Source: an uncultured Alphaproteobacteria bacterium (GTDB lineage: Bacteria > Pseudomonadota > Alphaproteobacteria > Sneathiellales > Sneathiellaceae). Taken from it: a DNA stretch of 64,000 nt. Both the position numbers and the translations under genes were made by a program. Position 1 is the stretch's first letter, and the number at the start of each line of letters is the position of its first letter. This document shows positions 29,550-39,142 of this stretch, piece by piece. The stretch covers positions 2,281 through 66,280 of the forward strand of contig CAJXWA010000001.1 in assembly GCA_913062525.1 (NCBI GenBank). Direction: 5' to 3'. The notes below the pieces were generated by a model. It searched no databases. It saw only the letters and a program-made list of their open reading frames with translations, and was not told where the DNA came from.

Positions 29550-30158
29550 TTGGCAGATAAAAAATCGGAAAATAATGGCCCTATCGTTATTAAGAAATAT
29601 GCGAACCGTCGTCTTTACAATACGTCGACTTCATCTTACGTAACTCTTGATCACTTAAGCCAAATGGTTAAAAAAGGCATTGAATTTGTTGTCTTTGATG
29701 CAAAATCCAACGATGACATTACCCGATCTGTGCTGACCCAAATTATTTTCGAAGAAGAGGCCAAAGGCCAAAATCTGCTGCCGATCAACTTCCTGCGCCA
29801 ACTGATCAGCTACTATGGCGACAGCCTGCAAACTGTCGTCCCTGATTATCTGGATATGTCCATGCGGTCATTCTCAAGTAATCAAGACCAAATGCGCGAA
29901 GCGATCCCGGAAAATATAGTAGATAATCCCCTCTTTACGCAATTTGAGGAAATGGGCAAACAAAACATGGCCATGTTCAGTCAGGCTATGAAAATGTTCA
30001 GCCCTCCTTCGTTCGGGGAGACTGAGCCCACTAAAACACCCGAATCAACGCCTTCAGCGCCGCAAGACAATCAAAATGAAACAACAGAAATGATGAAAGA
30101 ACTTAAAGACCAACTCGCGCAAATGCAGGAGCGAATGGATAAATTAAGTAAAGATTAA
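29550..30158 (+). CDS. phaR: Polyhydroxyalkanoate synthesis repressor
   Basis: IKKYANRRLYNTSTSSYVTL, DITRSVLTQII; TTG start preferred. Confidence 0.95.
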   Translation: MADKKSENNGPIVIKKYANRRLYNTSTSSYVTLDHLSQMVKKGIEFVVFDAKSNDDITRSVLTQIIFEEEAKGQNLLPINFLRQLISYYGDSLQTVVPDYLDMSMRSFSSNQDQMREAIPENIVDNPLFTQFEEMGKQNMAMFSQAMKMFSPPSFGETEPTKTPESTPSAPQDNQNETTEMMKELKDQLAQMQERMDKLSKD

Positions 30159-30384
30159 CCAAACCGTTGAACTTATCGCGAGTTATCTTGTATAGACGGC
30201 AAGAACTCATATTTAAAATAAGTAAAGTTAATATGTGAACTTGATTGGTAACTTCTTGTTAACCTATATTTCACACAGTTAACCTATAGTCGCGTCTTAT
30301 CCCCAGAAAATCTGGGGTTCTGGTTTACGATTAACCGCGTTGAATTTTAGTGTTCATCTTAACAAAGCAGGTTAATGTCATCCG

Positions 30385-30852
30385 ATGGAGCTTACTCGTT
30401 CCAACCCATATCCGGTACTGCCTCTAAATCCTGACGCCTTGCGCCAGGCAGAAGCTCAGGCTTATGTAGAGCAGAAGCTACAAGAGTTGCGACAGGCCGA
30501 TAACCGCCGAATTGAAGGTAGTGATCAGCAGAATGTCTCAACCCGTAAGCGTGCGTCAGCTTTATTTCTGGACGACACAAAAAACCCTAACGTTCAAATT
30601 GTCCTGCAACAAAGCCGCCAACCTGCTGCGAAAACGCTCTCACGGCCAGAAGCCCTTCCTTTTGGCGAAGCGTCCAGCGCTTTTCTAGCCCAACAACTTG
30701 CGCAAGAAACCAATCTGGAGCTCACCTCCGAGACAACGTTCCAATCGGTAAATAGGAGATCATTTGAAGATGCCAGTGATGCCTATACGGACACGCGTAA
30801 TCTCACCGTAAGCATTCTGGGCCTGCAAGGCTTCAGAGAACGCAGAGCGTAA
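30385..30852 (+). CDS. Hypothetical protein (low complexity, Q/A-rich)
   Basis: 155-aa ORF filling the gap between phaR and msrA. Confidence 0.6.
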   Translation: MELTRSNPYPVLPLNPDALRQAEAQAYVEQKLQELRQADNRRIEGSDQQNVSTRKRASALFLDDTKNPNVQIVLQQSRQPAAKTLSRPEALPFGEASSAFLAQQLAQETNLELTSETTFQSVNRRSFEDASDAYTDTRNLTVSILGLQGFRERRA

Positions 30853-30894
30853 AGTAGACTTAAGCGGGTTTTAGAGTTTCAACGTCAATCGACC

Positions 30895-31377
30895 TTAAAT
30901 CCGGCAAGTAGCAAGCCCACGCTTTTCCAAATATTGCTGATGATAATCTTCCGCTTCATAAAAATCAGCTGCAGATGAAATCTCAGTCACAATTGGCGCA
31001 GAAAAAACACGGGCATTTTCCAAATCCAATTTGGATTTTTCTGCCGCAATTTTTTGCGTCTCCGTTTTATAAAAAATGGCTGAACGGTATTGGGTACCCA
31101 CATCAGGTCCCTGACGGTTCATTGTAGTGGGGTTATGGCTTTCCCAAAACACGGCAAGCAGTTGTTCGTAACTGATGGCGGCGGGATTAAAACGAACAGC
31201 CACGACTTCGGCATGCATGGTATCTCCGCGGCATATCTGCTCGTACGTTGGATACGTCGTGGTTCCGCCTTGATAGCCAACCGCCGTAGAAAGGACGCCA
31301 TGGGCTTGCCTAAATGCGGCTTCTACGCCCCAAAAGCATCCCGCTGCAAAATATGCAATTTCAGATGTTGATGCCAT
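30895..31377 (-). CDS. msrA: Peptide methionine sulfoxide reductase A
   Basis: GCFWGVE, QGPDVGTQYRS, AEDYHQQY. Confidence 0.95.
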   Translation of the reverse strand: MASTSEIAYFAAGCFWGVEAAFRQAHGVLSTAVGYQGGTTTYPTYEQICRGDTMHAEVVAVRFNPAAISYEQLLAVFWESHNPTTMNRQGPDVGTQYRSAIFYKTETQKIAAEKSKLDLENARVFSAPIVTEISSAADFYEAEDYHQQYLEKRGLATCRI

Positions 31378-31546
31378 TTTTCGTTTTCATCCTCTGGTTA
31401 AAGCTCGTTAAAATGTTGCCCCTGTTATCAGATAAGATGAAGTTTAAAAGCATGCAAGTGTTACTGCCACAACAATCTTGCTATTGGCACCACATAACTT
31501 CTATTATTCCACCAACTCAGGTACCAATACGAAATTCGGCCCACCT

Positions 31547-33031
31547 ATGAAAAATGCTTACCTCGCTAATTTGTCTCTCAATACTGGAAGCAGCTCCCCT
31601 CTTCACAAGCAGCTTTTCCTGAAACTTCGTGACGCCATTTTACAAGGTGTTGTGAAGCCGGGGACAAGATTACCCTCTAGCCGTCTATTGGCAACCGACC
31701 TTGGGATCTCGCGCAATACTGTTCTGTCTGCGTTTGATCAACTCATGGCGGAGGGATATATCACGAGCCGAGTTGGGGCCGGTTCCTACATTTCAGATCA
31801 TCTTCCAGATGAGCTTTTGCAAAGAGAAAAAACGAATAACAAACAAATCCTTAAAGATCGGAACATTCCCCTGTCTCGGCAAGCAGAAGCCCTTCGCCAT
31901 ACGGGCGCAGTGAAACTTTATCATCAAGGGTACTTTTCTCCTGGAAAGCCGGAAACGGACTTATTTCCGTTTGAAGATTGGGCCAGATTACTGGGACGCC
32001 ACTGGCGCAATCCCAAAGTTGAGTATTTAAGCGGAAATCCCATTGGCGGCGCCACAGTCCTTCGGGAAGCATTGGCCGAACATTTGGGACAGACGCGGGC
32101 TGTCAATTGCACACCTGAGCAGGTCATTGTCTTATCAGGGTCCCAACAAGCCATTCATCTGGTGATCAAGGCGTTTGCCGAGATTGGGGATCCCATTTTG
32201 ATGGAAGATCCGGGCTACCCTGGAACTCGAAACTCAATCTTGGCGGCTGGTGCCCACCCAATCCCAGTTCCAGTTGATGACGAAGGGTTCAGACTTGATG
32301 AAGCCTTAAAACTGGCACCAAATGCGCGCCTCGCCTGCCTCTCTCCCTCTCACCAATACCCCCTTGGCCCGACTATGTCGCTTCGCCGTCGGTTAGATTT
32401 ACTGGAATGGGCAAAAACCAACGACCGGTTTCTTCTGGAAGATGATTACGACAGTGAATATCGCTACACCGGCAGGCCTATTTCATCGCTGCAGGGTTTG
32501 GATACTGATAACCGTGTTCTTTATGTTGGCTCCATGAGCAAGGTGATGTTTTCAGGGCTTAGAATTGGCTATCTAGTGGTTCCTGAAGACCTCGTGGATA
32601 TCTTCTTGGCTTTGCGCCGTGATATTGACGGGCATTCACCGGCAGTTGCCGAAGCCGCCCTTGCAGAGTTTATCTCTGAAGGATATTTATCTGCGCATAT
32701 CCGGCGTATGCGGCTGCTCTATCAAAGGCGCCAGGCTTGTTTACTGTCGCTACTATTGGAAAAATGCGGAGATTACTTAACCATTGATGCCCAAGAATGT
32801 GGCATGCATCTGGTCGCCTATTTGACACCCACTCTCTCCGATAAAAAAGTTGAAGCGGTGTGCCGAAAAAATGGGTTGCTCCTGCGAGCGCTTTCAAGCT
32901 TCTATGAAGGTGCGAACCTTCGAAATGCTTTGATTATTGGCTTCGCCGGAACGCCAGAGACAAAGATGCCTCAATTAGTAGATAAACTTGCCAAAATTTT
33001 AAAACAAGCTGGAGATGATAATGATGGTTAG
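31547..33031 (+). CDS. MocR/GabR-family GntR regulator with PLP aminotransferase-like domain
   Basis: LPSSR.LA..LGISRNTV HTH; PSHQYPLG, EDDYDSEYRY, GSMSK. Confidence 0.93.
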   Translation: MKNAYLANLSLNTGSSSPLHKQLFLKLRDAILQGVVKPGTRLPSSRLLATDLGISRNTVLSAFDQLMAEGYITSRVGAGSYISDHLPDELLQREKTNNKQILKDRNIPLSRQAEALRHTGAVKLYHQGYFSPGKPETDLFPFEDWARLLGRHWRNPKVEYLSGNPIGGATVLREALAEHLGQTRAVNCTPEQVIVLSGSQQAIHLVIKAFAEIGDPILMEDPGYPGTRNSILAAGAHPIPVPVDDEGFRLDEALKLAPNARLACLSPSHQYPLGPTMSLRRRLDLLEWAKTNDRFLLEDDYDSEYRYTGRPISSLQGLDTDNRVLYVGSMSKVMFSGLRIGYLVVPEDLVDIFLALRRDIDGHSPAVAEAALAEFISEGYLSAHIRRMRLLYQRRQACLLSLLLEKCGDYLTIDAQECGMHLVAYLTPTLSDKKVEAVCRKNGLLLRALSSFYEGANLRNALIIGFAGTPETKMPQLVDKLAKILKQAGDDNDG

Positions 33032-34823
33032 ACGGCTTTTAACACTTACCGTTCTGATGATTGCATTTTTAAATTCAGCTTCGGCGGCGCTATCAGATAC
33101 TGCCCTCGCTATGCACGGCGGCGCAAAATATCAAAACAATTACCCGCATTTTGATTACACTGAACCCACAGCAGGTCAAGGGGGGCACTTAAGGCTTCCA
33201 GCCATCGGAACATTTAATAGCCTCAATCCATTTCTGGTGCGCGGACTTCCAGCCCAAGGCCTCCGCCTTGTATATCAATCTCTGCTCAGCCGCGCACAAG
33301 ACGAGCCGTTCACTCTTTATGCAAATCTCGCAAGCCATTTTGATATTACGCCAGACCGCCGCTCAATCACCTATTATTTAGACAAACAGGCTCGGTTTTC
33401 AAATGGAGATCCACTGACTCCTCAGGATGTTTTATTCACTTACGAAACACTCCGCACAAAAGGGCGGCCAAATCACCGTCAATATTACGGGGAAGTTGAA
33501 AAAGCTGAAATCATTAGCCCAGAAGCCATCCGGTTTACCTTTACCGAAACCGCTGGCCGGGAACTGCCCCTTATCCTCAGTTTAATGCCCATCATGTCAA
33601 AAAAATACTTCACCGAGCATACCTTCAAAGAAACCAGTTTGGAGCCTCCTGTTGGGACTGGACCTTATCGGATTACATCGTTGGAGCCCGGCCGATATAT
33701 TACCTACGAAAGGATACAAGATTATTGGGGGGAAGGTCGCCCACAATACGCTGGCCGGCATAATTTTCATAAAATCACCTTTGAATATTTTCGGGATCAA
33801 GACATCGCGTTTGAAGCATTACTAGCTGGAGAAGTTGATGTTTTCTTTGAAAGTGATCCGTCGAAATGGGCCAACAAAGAGCGTTTAGCGGATAAACCAA
33901 TTATTAAAACAACCCTTGATTTTCAGCTACCAGCCCCCTTGCAAGCCCTCGCGTTTAATACACGAAAGCCCTATTTCGAAGATCTAGATGTCCGAAAGGC
34001 CATTGGCCTTGTTTATGATTTCAACTGGGTTAATAAAAACCTCCTACATGGTCTCTATAAAAGAACTGAAAGTTACTTTGACGGATCGATGCTTGCGGCA
34101 ACAGGTTTGCCAAATGGAGCAGAGCTTGCACTGCTCCAGCCGTTTAAGGACGAGCTTCCATCAGATCTTTTTGATCATCCTTTCACCCTTTCCAAAACTG
34201 ATGGTTCGGGCCGCAACCGCAAACAGCTTAAAGAGGCTAGAGCCCTTTTGAAGAAATCAGGATGGGTCGCATCAAGCGAAGGCCTTCGCCATAAAGACAC
34301 CGGTGCAAACTTCAATTTTGAAATTCTGCTCGGTGATCGTCAATATTTGAAGTTGCTCTCTGCATTTCAAGCTAATCTCAAGAAACTGGGGATTAACGTC
34401 AATATGAGGGTGGTTGATAGCGCCAATTATCAGAACCGCATCAACAACTATGAATTTGACATGATCGTTGTGGAGTGGGGGCAAAGTCTGTCTCCCGGAA
34501 ACGAACAGGCCTTTTATTGGAGTAGTACTGCGGGGACGACCCCCGGAAGCCGGAACTATCCGGGCATAAACCTGAAATCCGTTGATTTCCTTGTTCATAA
34601 AATTGCGACTGCGATAACCCGAACTGACCTTGAAACAGCAACGCGTGCCCTTGATCGGATATTGCTTTGGAATAACTACTCAATTCCGCTGCAGCATACC
34701 AATCAACAATGGCTTTATCACTGGCCCCGTATTTCATTGCCCAAAGAAACCTCCTTTTATGGAACTTCATTAGATGTTTGGTGGGACGGAACAGTTGACG
34801 CGGCCCGTAAGAAAACGCAATAA
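33015..34823 (+). CDS. ABC transporter substrate-binding protein, family 5 (YejA-like)
   Basis: Signal peptide; HFDY, FNSLNPF, SLSPGNEQ..YW, RALDRILLW. Confidence 0.9.
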   Translation: MIMMVRRLLTLTVLMIAFLNSASAALSDTALAMHGGAKYQNNYPHFDYTEPTAGQGGHLRLPAIGTFNSLNPFLVRGLPAQGLRLVYQSLLSRAQDEPFTLYANLASHFDITPDRRSITYYLDKQARFSNGDPLTPQDVLFTYETLRTKGRPNHRQYYGEVEKAEIISPEAIRFTFTETAGRELPLILSLMPIMSKKYFTEHTFKETSLEPPVGTGPYRITSLEPGRYITYERIQDYWGEGRPQYAGRHNFHKITFEYFRDQDIAFEALLAGEVDVFFESDPSKWANKERLADKPIIKTTLDFQLPAPLQALAFNTRKPYFEDLDVRKAIGLVYDFNWVNKNLLHGLYKRTESYFDGSMLAATGLPNGAELALLQPFKDELPSDLFDHPFTLSKTDGSGRNRKQLKEARALLKKSGWVASSEGLRHKDTGANFNFEILLGDRQYLKLLSAFQANLKKLGINVNMRVVDSANYQNRINNYEFDMIVVEWGQSLSPGNEQAFYWSSTAGTTPGSRNYPGINLKSVDFLVHKIATAITRTDLETATRALDRILLWNNYSIPLQHTNQQWLYHWPRISLPKETSFYGTSLDVWWDGTVDAARKKTQ

Positions 34824-34859
34824 ATGATCTCTTAATATTTCCACAGTTGGATTATCTCT

Positions 34860-35633
34860 ATGCTCGCATTGTTATCACCTGCTAAAAAACTGGACTTTGA
34901 CCGGACAGATACGCCAGAAACTTATACAAATCTGGTGCTTCAAGCCGATACAGCGGAGCTTTTAACAACAGCTCGCAAGCAAACTGCCAATGATTTACAA
35001 AACCTAATGAAAATCAGTGATGATTTGAGCGAGTTAAACTACCAGCGCTTTCAAGCCATGACATTCCCGTTCACTCAAGAGAATGCGAAACAAGCAGGAT
35101 TTGCCTTTAACGGTGATACCTATACTGGACTTGATATCACAACATTAAACGCCTCTGATCTTTCCTATGCCCAAGATCACGTGCGCATATTGTCAGGCTT
35201 ATATGGTCTTGTTCGGCCATTGGATTTAATCCAGCCTTACCGCCTCGAAATGGGAACCCGCATGAAAAACACGCGCGGTGCAAACCTGTATGAATTTTGG
35301 GGAAGCAAACTTGCTGATGCTATTAATGATCAACTTGAATCCCACGCCAATAAAACCGTCATCAACGTAGCGTCAAATGAGTATTTTAAAGCTGTAAAGA
35401 AAAAGCAGCTTAACCACCCGGTTGTCACACCGGTTTTTAAGGAAATTAAGGGCGACGTTGCCAAGATGATTGGCTTTTCTGCAAAACGTGCTCGTGGCAT
35501 GATGGCAAGATATATCAGCCAAAACCGCATTGATACGCCTGAGGGGATCAAAGATTTTAACTCAGCGGGTTACAGTTTTCAGCCATCCCATTCAAATGAA
35601 ACTGAATATCATTTTTATAGAACCGTTAGCTAA
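34860..35633 (+). CDS. yaaA: Peroxide stress protein YaaA
   Basis: LSPAKKLD, ILSGLYG..RPLDLIQPYRLEMG, NVASNEY, AKRARG. Confidence 0.93.
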   Translation: MLALLSPAKKLDFDRTDTPETYTNLVLQADTAELLTTARKQTANDLQNLMKISDDLSELNYQRFQAMTFPFTQENAKQAGFAFNGDTYTGLDITTLNASDLSYAQDHVRILSGLYGLVRPLDLIQPYRLEMGTRMKNTRGANLYEFWGSKLADAINDQLESHANKTVINVASNEYFKAVKKKQLNHPVVTPVFKEIKGDVAKMIGFSAKRARGMMARYISQNRIDTPEGIKDFNSAGYSFQPSHSNETEYHFYRTVS

Positions 35634-36624
35634 AGCGAGCTTTATCTCGGTTTTTCCAAATCTCTGCCGCGCGGCTATCAAGTTCGTCTGTGGTGAGGTC
35701 CGGCATTTTCATTTTCAGTGCCACTGATAACGTCCCAATGATCCCAAACTCTGGCACAGGCAGATCAAGACGGCCTTCCCACATTTTCAGTAGCTGAGTG
35801 GGCGCCAAATCTTCCTCTCGCCATTTATAAGTATTGTCCGATGTCAGCGCGGGCCATGTGATCTCGCTGGCTTCGGTATCGTGCAAGACATCAATGCGGG
35901 CGGGTTTCATGGGATTACGCATAACCTCGCCTCCGCCGCCTTTAAATATCATGGCATTTTTCTGGCCGAGCAGCTTCGCCGTTTGTAAATGGCTATCTTT
36001 GTAAGGCGGATGGAAAACACCCTGCATTTGGCAATCGGCGTCCATTGGATTAAGAGCCCGCGCGAACGTGTTCACTGCCGTGCGCACACCTAGTAATGGC
36101 CGTAAATCAAATAATTTCTGCAACGGATTACAAAAATGCTCCAATCCAACATAAACGAGGTTCTCGCTTTGTAGGAGTTTGCCCGCCTCTTGTAACGAGG
36201 TGGCTTGAGAGATCCCAAAAACATCGAGTGCAGGCCGCGTGGGTGCAAAGCCCTCTAAATTTCCTTCAATGCCATGCATCAAGATTTTATAGCCCTGATC
36301 AGCAAGCAAAATAGCAGCGAGAATAAACCAAGGTTGTTGACGATGCCGATCTGCGTAAGATGGCCAATCGTAATCAGGACGTGTTTCCGGCAGTTCACTT
36401 TGAAAGGACTTCTTTGCGGCGGCAGTCATCCCCGCGAACTCAGGGCCGCTTTCGCCTTTTCGCCGCAGCAGTAGCAAAAAAGCACCCAGTTGTAACGGAT
36501 CAACCTGATCGTTCAAGATCATATCCATAGCGTCCCGCGCTTCATCAAAAGTGAGATCGCGCCACATATTTGGGCCCTTACCGATGGCCTTAACATATTG
36601 TGCAAATGGATGATCTATTGTCAT
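35626..36624 (-). CDS. Glycosyltransferase family 3 / YbiB (TrpD2)-like protein
   Basis: IGKG....RDLT..EA, QLGAFLLLLR.KGE, DWPSYA, GVFHP.Y. Confidence 0.82.
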   Translation of the reverse strand: MTIDHPFAQYVKAIGKGPNMWRDLTFDEARDAMDMILNDQVDPLQLGAFLLLLRRKGESGPEFAGMTAAAKKSFQSELPETRPDYDWPSYADRHRQQPWFILAAILLADQGYKILMHGIEGNLEGFAPTRPALDVFGISQATSLQEAGKLLQSENLVYVGLEHFCNPLQKLFDLRPLLGVRTAVNTFARALNPMDADCQMQGVFHPPYKDSHLQTAKLLGQKNAMIFKGGGGEVMRNPMKPARIDVLHDTEASEITWPALTSDNTYKWREEDLAPTQLLKMWEGRLDLPVPEFGIIGTLSVALKMKMPDLTTDELDSRAAEIWKNRDKARFS

Positions 36625-36694
36625 AATTTTCTAATCCGCAGAAACTTTCAAGATCACAGGTTTAGGGAATATTATTCCGCTTCGCAAGCATCCG

Positions 36695-39103
36695 TTACCG
36701 AAACCGTTCCAACAACCGTTTCAAATATTGCTTTTCGAGCGTAGGTCTATTGGGGTCAGCCAAGCGGCGCCTGACCTCCTCCATAATCATTTTCGGTGTT
36801 GATTTACTAATCAAGTCGTGGTCTGAATTTTGAAGGGCCTTTCCATTACTTTGAGACAAGGGTCTGCCCAATGGATCTCTATCCACATCAGACCCGAATT
36901 GCCCCATACCTTGGCCCGACTGCCCTTGCATAAACTGCTGCACAATATTTTGAGATCCTTGACGAAGCTGCTCCATCACTTGCTTTTGAAAGGCTTCTGC
37001 GGCTTTGGGCTGCTGAAGCTCAAGGGCTTGTCGTGCCGCATTCATTGCCCGTTCTGCCTTGCCAAAACTGTCAGGAATAGTATCGCCCAAGCCAAGCTCC
37101 CCCATTATATCCCCCAGCATTTGACGAAGCGCTTCCTGCTGGGCACTCAAGCCCCTAAAAACCTTGCCATCATTTTTATCAGATGTTTTCCCGCTCGGCT
37201 CCAGCCGCTGGGATGACTTCAGGGTCTCATCCATAAGCTGTTGCTGGCCGCCCATCACTTTATCCAAATCATCCAACAACTTTTGACCTGCCGTTTGCTC
37301 CGCCGAGGGGGCAGCGTTTGCGGCTTGCAAGTTCTCCATGATGTCTTGGAGTTGACGCAACAAGTCACGTGCCTCCGCACGGGCTCCGGATCTAGCCAGC
37401 TCATCTAGTTTATCTAGTAAATTATTCAAATCTTCTGATTGTAACTGTTGACCATTGGTGATTGAGGGCAATTGATCTTGTGGCTTGCTTTGTTCTTTTG
37501 AAAGCTCCGCCAAGAATTCCTGCATGGCATCCTTTAAATTCTCCACAAGCCGTTTAATCTCTGCGTCTTCTGCGCCGTTATTCAGAGCCTCCATCAGCGC
37601 ATTTTCCGCAGCTCGTAACGCCCGTTCGGCATTCACTAAATCTCCATCTTCCAGCCGAAGTGCAGCCTGCCACAGCAGCTCCGACACTTCTTCAACGCGC
37701 GTATTTAGCATATCAGAAAGCAAGATGGCCCTACTTGCAGAAACATATAGGTGGACGGTCCAATCATCATCCAATCCTCGGGGGAGAGACGACAGTGCAT
37801 TCAGAACACTGGCCACACCCAGTTTATTTCGATCTGGATCCGCCACAAGGGTCTTGCGCTCCCCAATCAACACACGTGCGACTGGATGCGCGAATATTCT
37901 CTCTGGTAACGTTAGTCTAATGACTTTAGATAAACCCACTTGTCCCATCTCGTCAGTGGCTTGTATTTGCAACTCCACGGGCAAGCCAGCCCACATATGA
38001 TCTGTTAAATCATGGTAACTTTTGCTTTCGCTCTTTTTGGCCCCTTGAATAAATGGCAGCTTTAAAGCCAATTGGCTCTCGGTATTATTCCTGGAAATTC
38101 GGGCCGTGAGACTATCAATTCCATAGTCGTCATGAGAGGCCGCAGTCAATTGCAACGCCCTTCGGTCTGTGACGAGGGGAAGGTCCTGCATATTTACGAT
38201 GGGAGGTAAATCCGGAATGATTTGTAAATCCCAAACAGCAACGGCTTCACTGTCTTTGATTAGGCGCCAAAGTCCACCGGACAGCGCTGTAATTTCAGCG
38301 CTAAAGTTTGACTTATCCAAACTCGAAAACTCATAAACGTCAGGGCCGTTCGTTAGAACGGGAGGGTCTTCATTGCCACCACTAACCCGAACAATCAAAC
38401 TACTGCCAGCTGGCACTTTAAAGACTTCTTTTTTACGGATTTCCCCTTGGTTCTCACGGGTGATCAAAAGCCGCGGCGGTAATCCCGTGTATTCGGGAGG
38501 GGATACCCAAACATCTGCTTGCACAGGTTCCAACGGCTCGAATATTTCGAAAATAAATGCTGATTTAAGCTTATCTGAAAGCCCACCGCCGCCTAAAATC
38601 ACACTGGTTAATATTAGCAGTAGAACAGCAGGTCTGAGCGAGAAAAAATCACCATTGCCCAATGTTAAGTCTGGCCAAAACGCTTTAACTTTTAAGAGCG
38701 CTTGCTTTTGTTGTTGTTGATGATGTTCCCAAAGTTCGCGTGAAGTTTCATTCTCATGTAACTGGCTGCTGATTTCGGCGTCCATAGATCGCAAAGGCCG
38801 ATGGGAAAGGTTATTTTTTTGTTCCAAATTTTTGAGAATTTCATTGATCTGTGGCCAATGGAAAACACGGGAAAAATGCACTAGTCCAGCCACAAGACCC
38901 AAAAGTAGCAAGATCAGAAAGACAATATGAAGAGCTGTCCCAGACCACTGCCAGAACCCAAATGCGGTAATGCTCAGAAAAACACCGATCACCCAAAATA
39001 GGGGAGCGCTCGCATTCCAGCTGCGCTCCAGAACAAGGGTGTATTTCGCCAAAAAATGTTGGCGTTTTAGACGGGCTTCCAGCTTTTTATTGCGTTTCTC
39101 CAT
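36695..39103 (-). CDS. DUF4175 / TIGR02302 family membrane protein
   Basis: WVSPPEYTGLPP, DDYG, LPERIF.HPVAR, RDPLGR, YLKRLL; downstream of lysA. Confidence 0.88.
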   Translation of the reverse strand: MEKRNKKLEARLKRQHFLAKYTLVLERSWNASAPLFWVIGVFLSITAFGFWQWSGTALHIVFLILLLLGLVAGLVHFSRVFHWPQINEILKNLEQKNNLSHRPLRSMDAEISSQLHENETSRELWEHHQQQQKQALLKVKAFWPDLTLGNGDFFSLRPAVLLLILTSVILGGGGLSDKLKSAFIFEIFEPLEPVQADVWVSPPEYTGLPPRLLITRENQGEIRKKEVFKVPAGSSLIVRVSGGNEDPPVLTNGPDVYEFSSLDKSNFSAEITALSGGLWRLIKDSEAVAVWDLQIIPDLPPIVNMQDLPLVTDRRALQLTAASHDDYGIDSLTARISRNNTESQLALKLPFIQGAKKSESKSYHDLTDHMWAGLPVELQIQATDEMGQVGLSKVIRLTLPERIFAHPVARVLIGERKTLVADPDRNKLGVASVLNALSSLPRGLDDDWTVHLYVSASRAILLSDMLNTRVEEVSELLWQAALRLEDGDLVNAERALRAAENALMEALNNGAEDAEIKRLVENLKDAMQEFLAELSKEQSKPQDQLPSITNGQQLQSEDLNNLLDKLDELARSGARAEARDLLRQLQDIMENLQAANAAPSAEQTAGQKLLDDLDKVMGGQQQLMDETLKSSQRLEPSGKTSDKNDGKVFRGLSAQQEALRQMLGDIMGELGLGDTIPDSFGKAERAMNAARQALELQQPKAAEAFQKQVMEQLRQGSQNIVQQFMQGQSGQGMGQFGSDVDRDPLGRPLSQSNGKALQNSDHDLISKSTPKMIMEEVRRRLADPNRPTLEKQYLKRLLERFR

Positions 39104-39142
39104 ACATCCTCAAAATTTCAAGGTGTTGGGTAACACTAAATG

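Noticed and set aside
35626-35633. Convergent 3' overlap of yaaA and the ybiB-like gene
   Set aside because: Short convergent overlaps recur in this compact genome (also 53962-53969 and 61992-61998).
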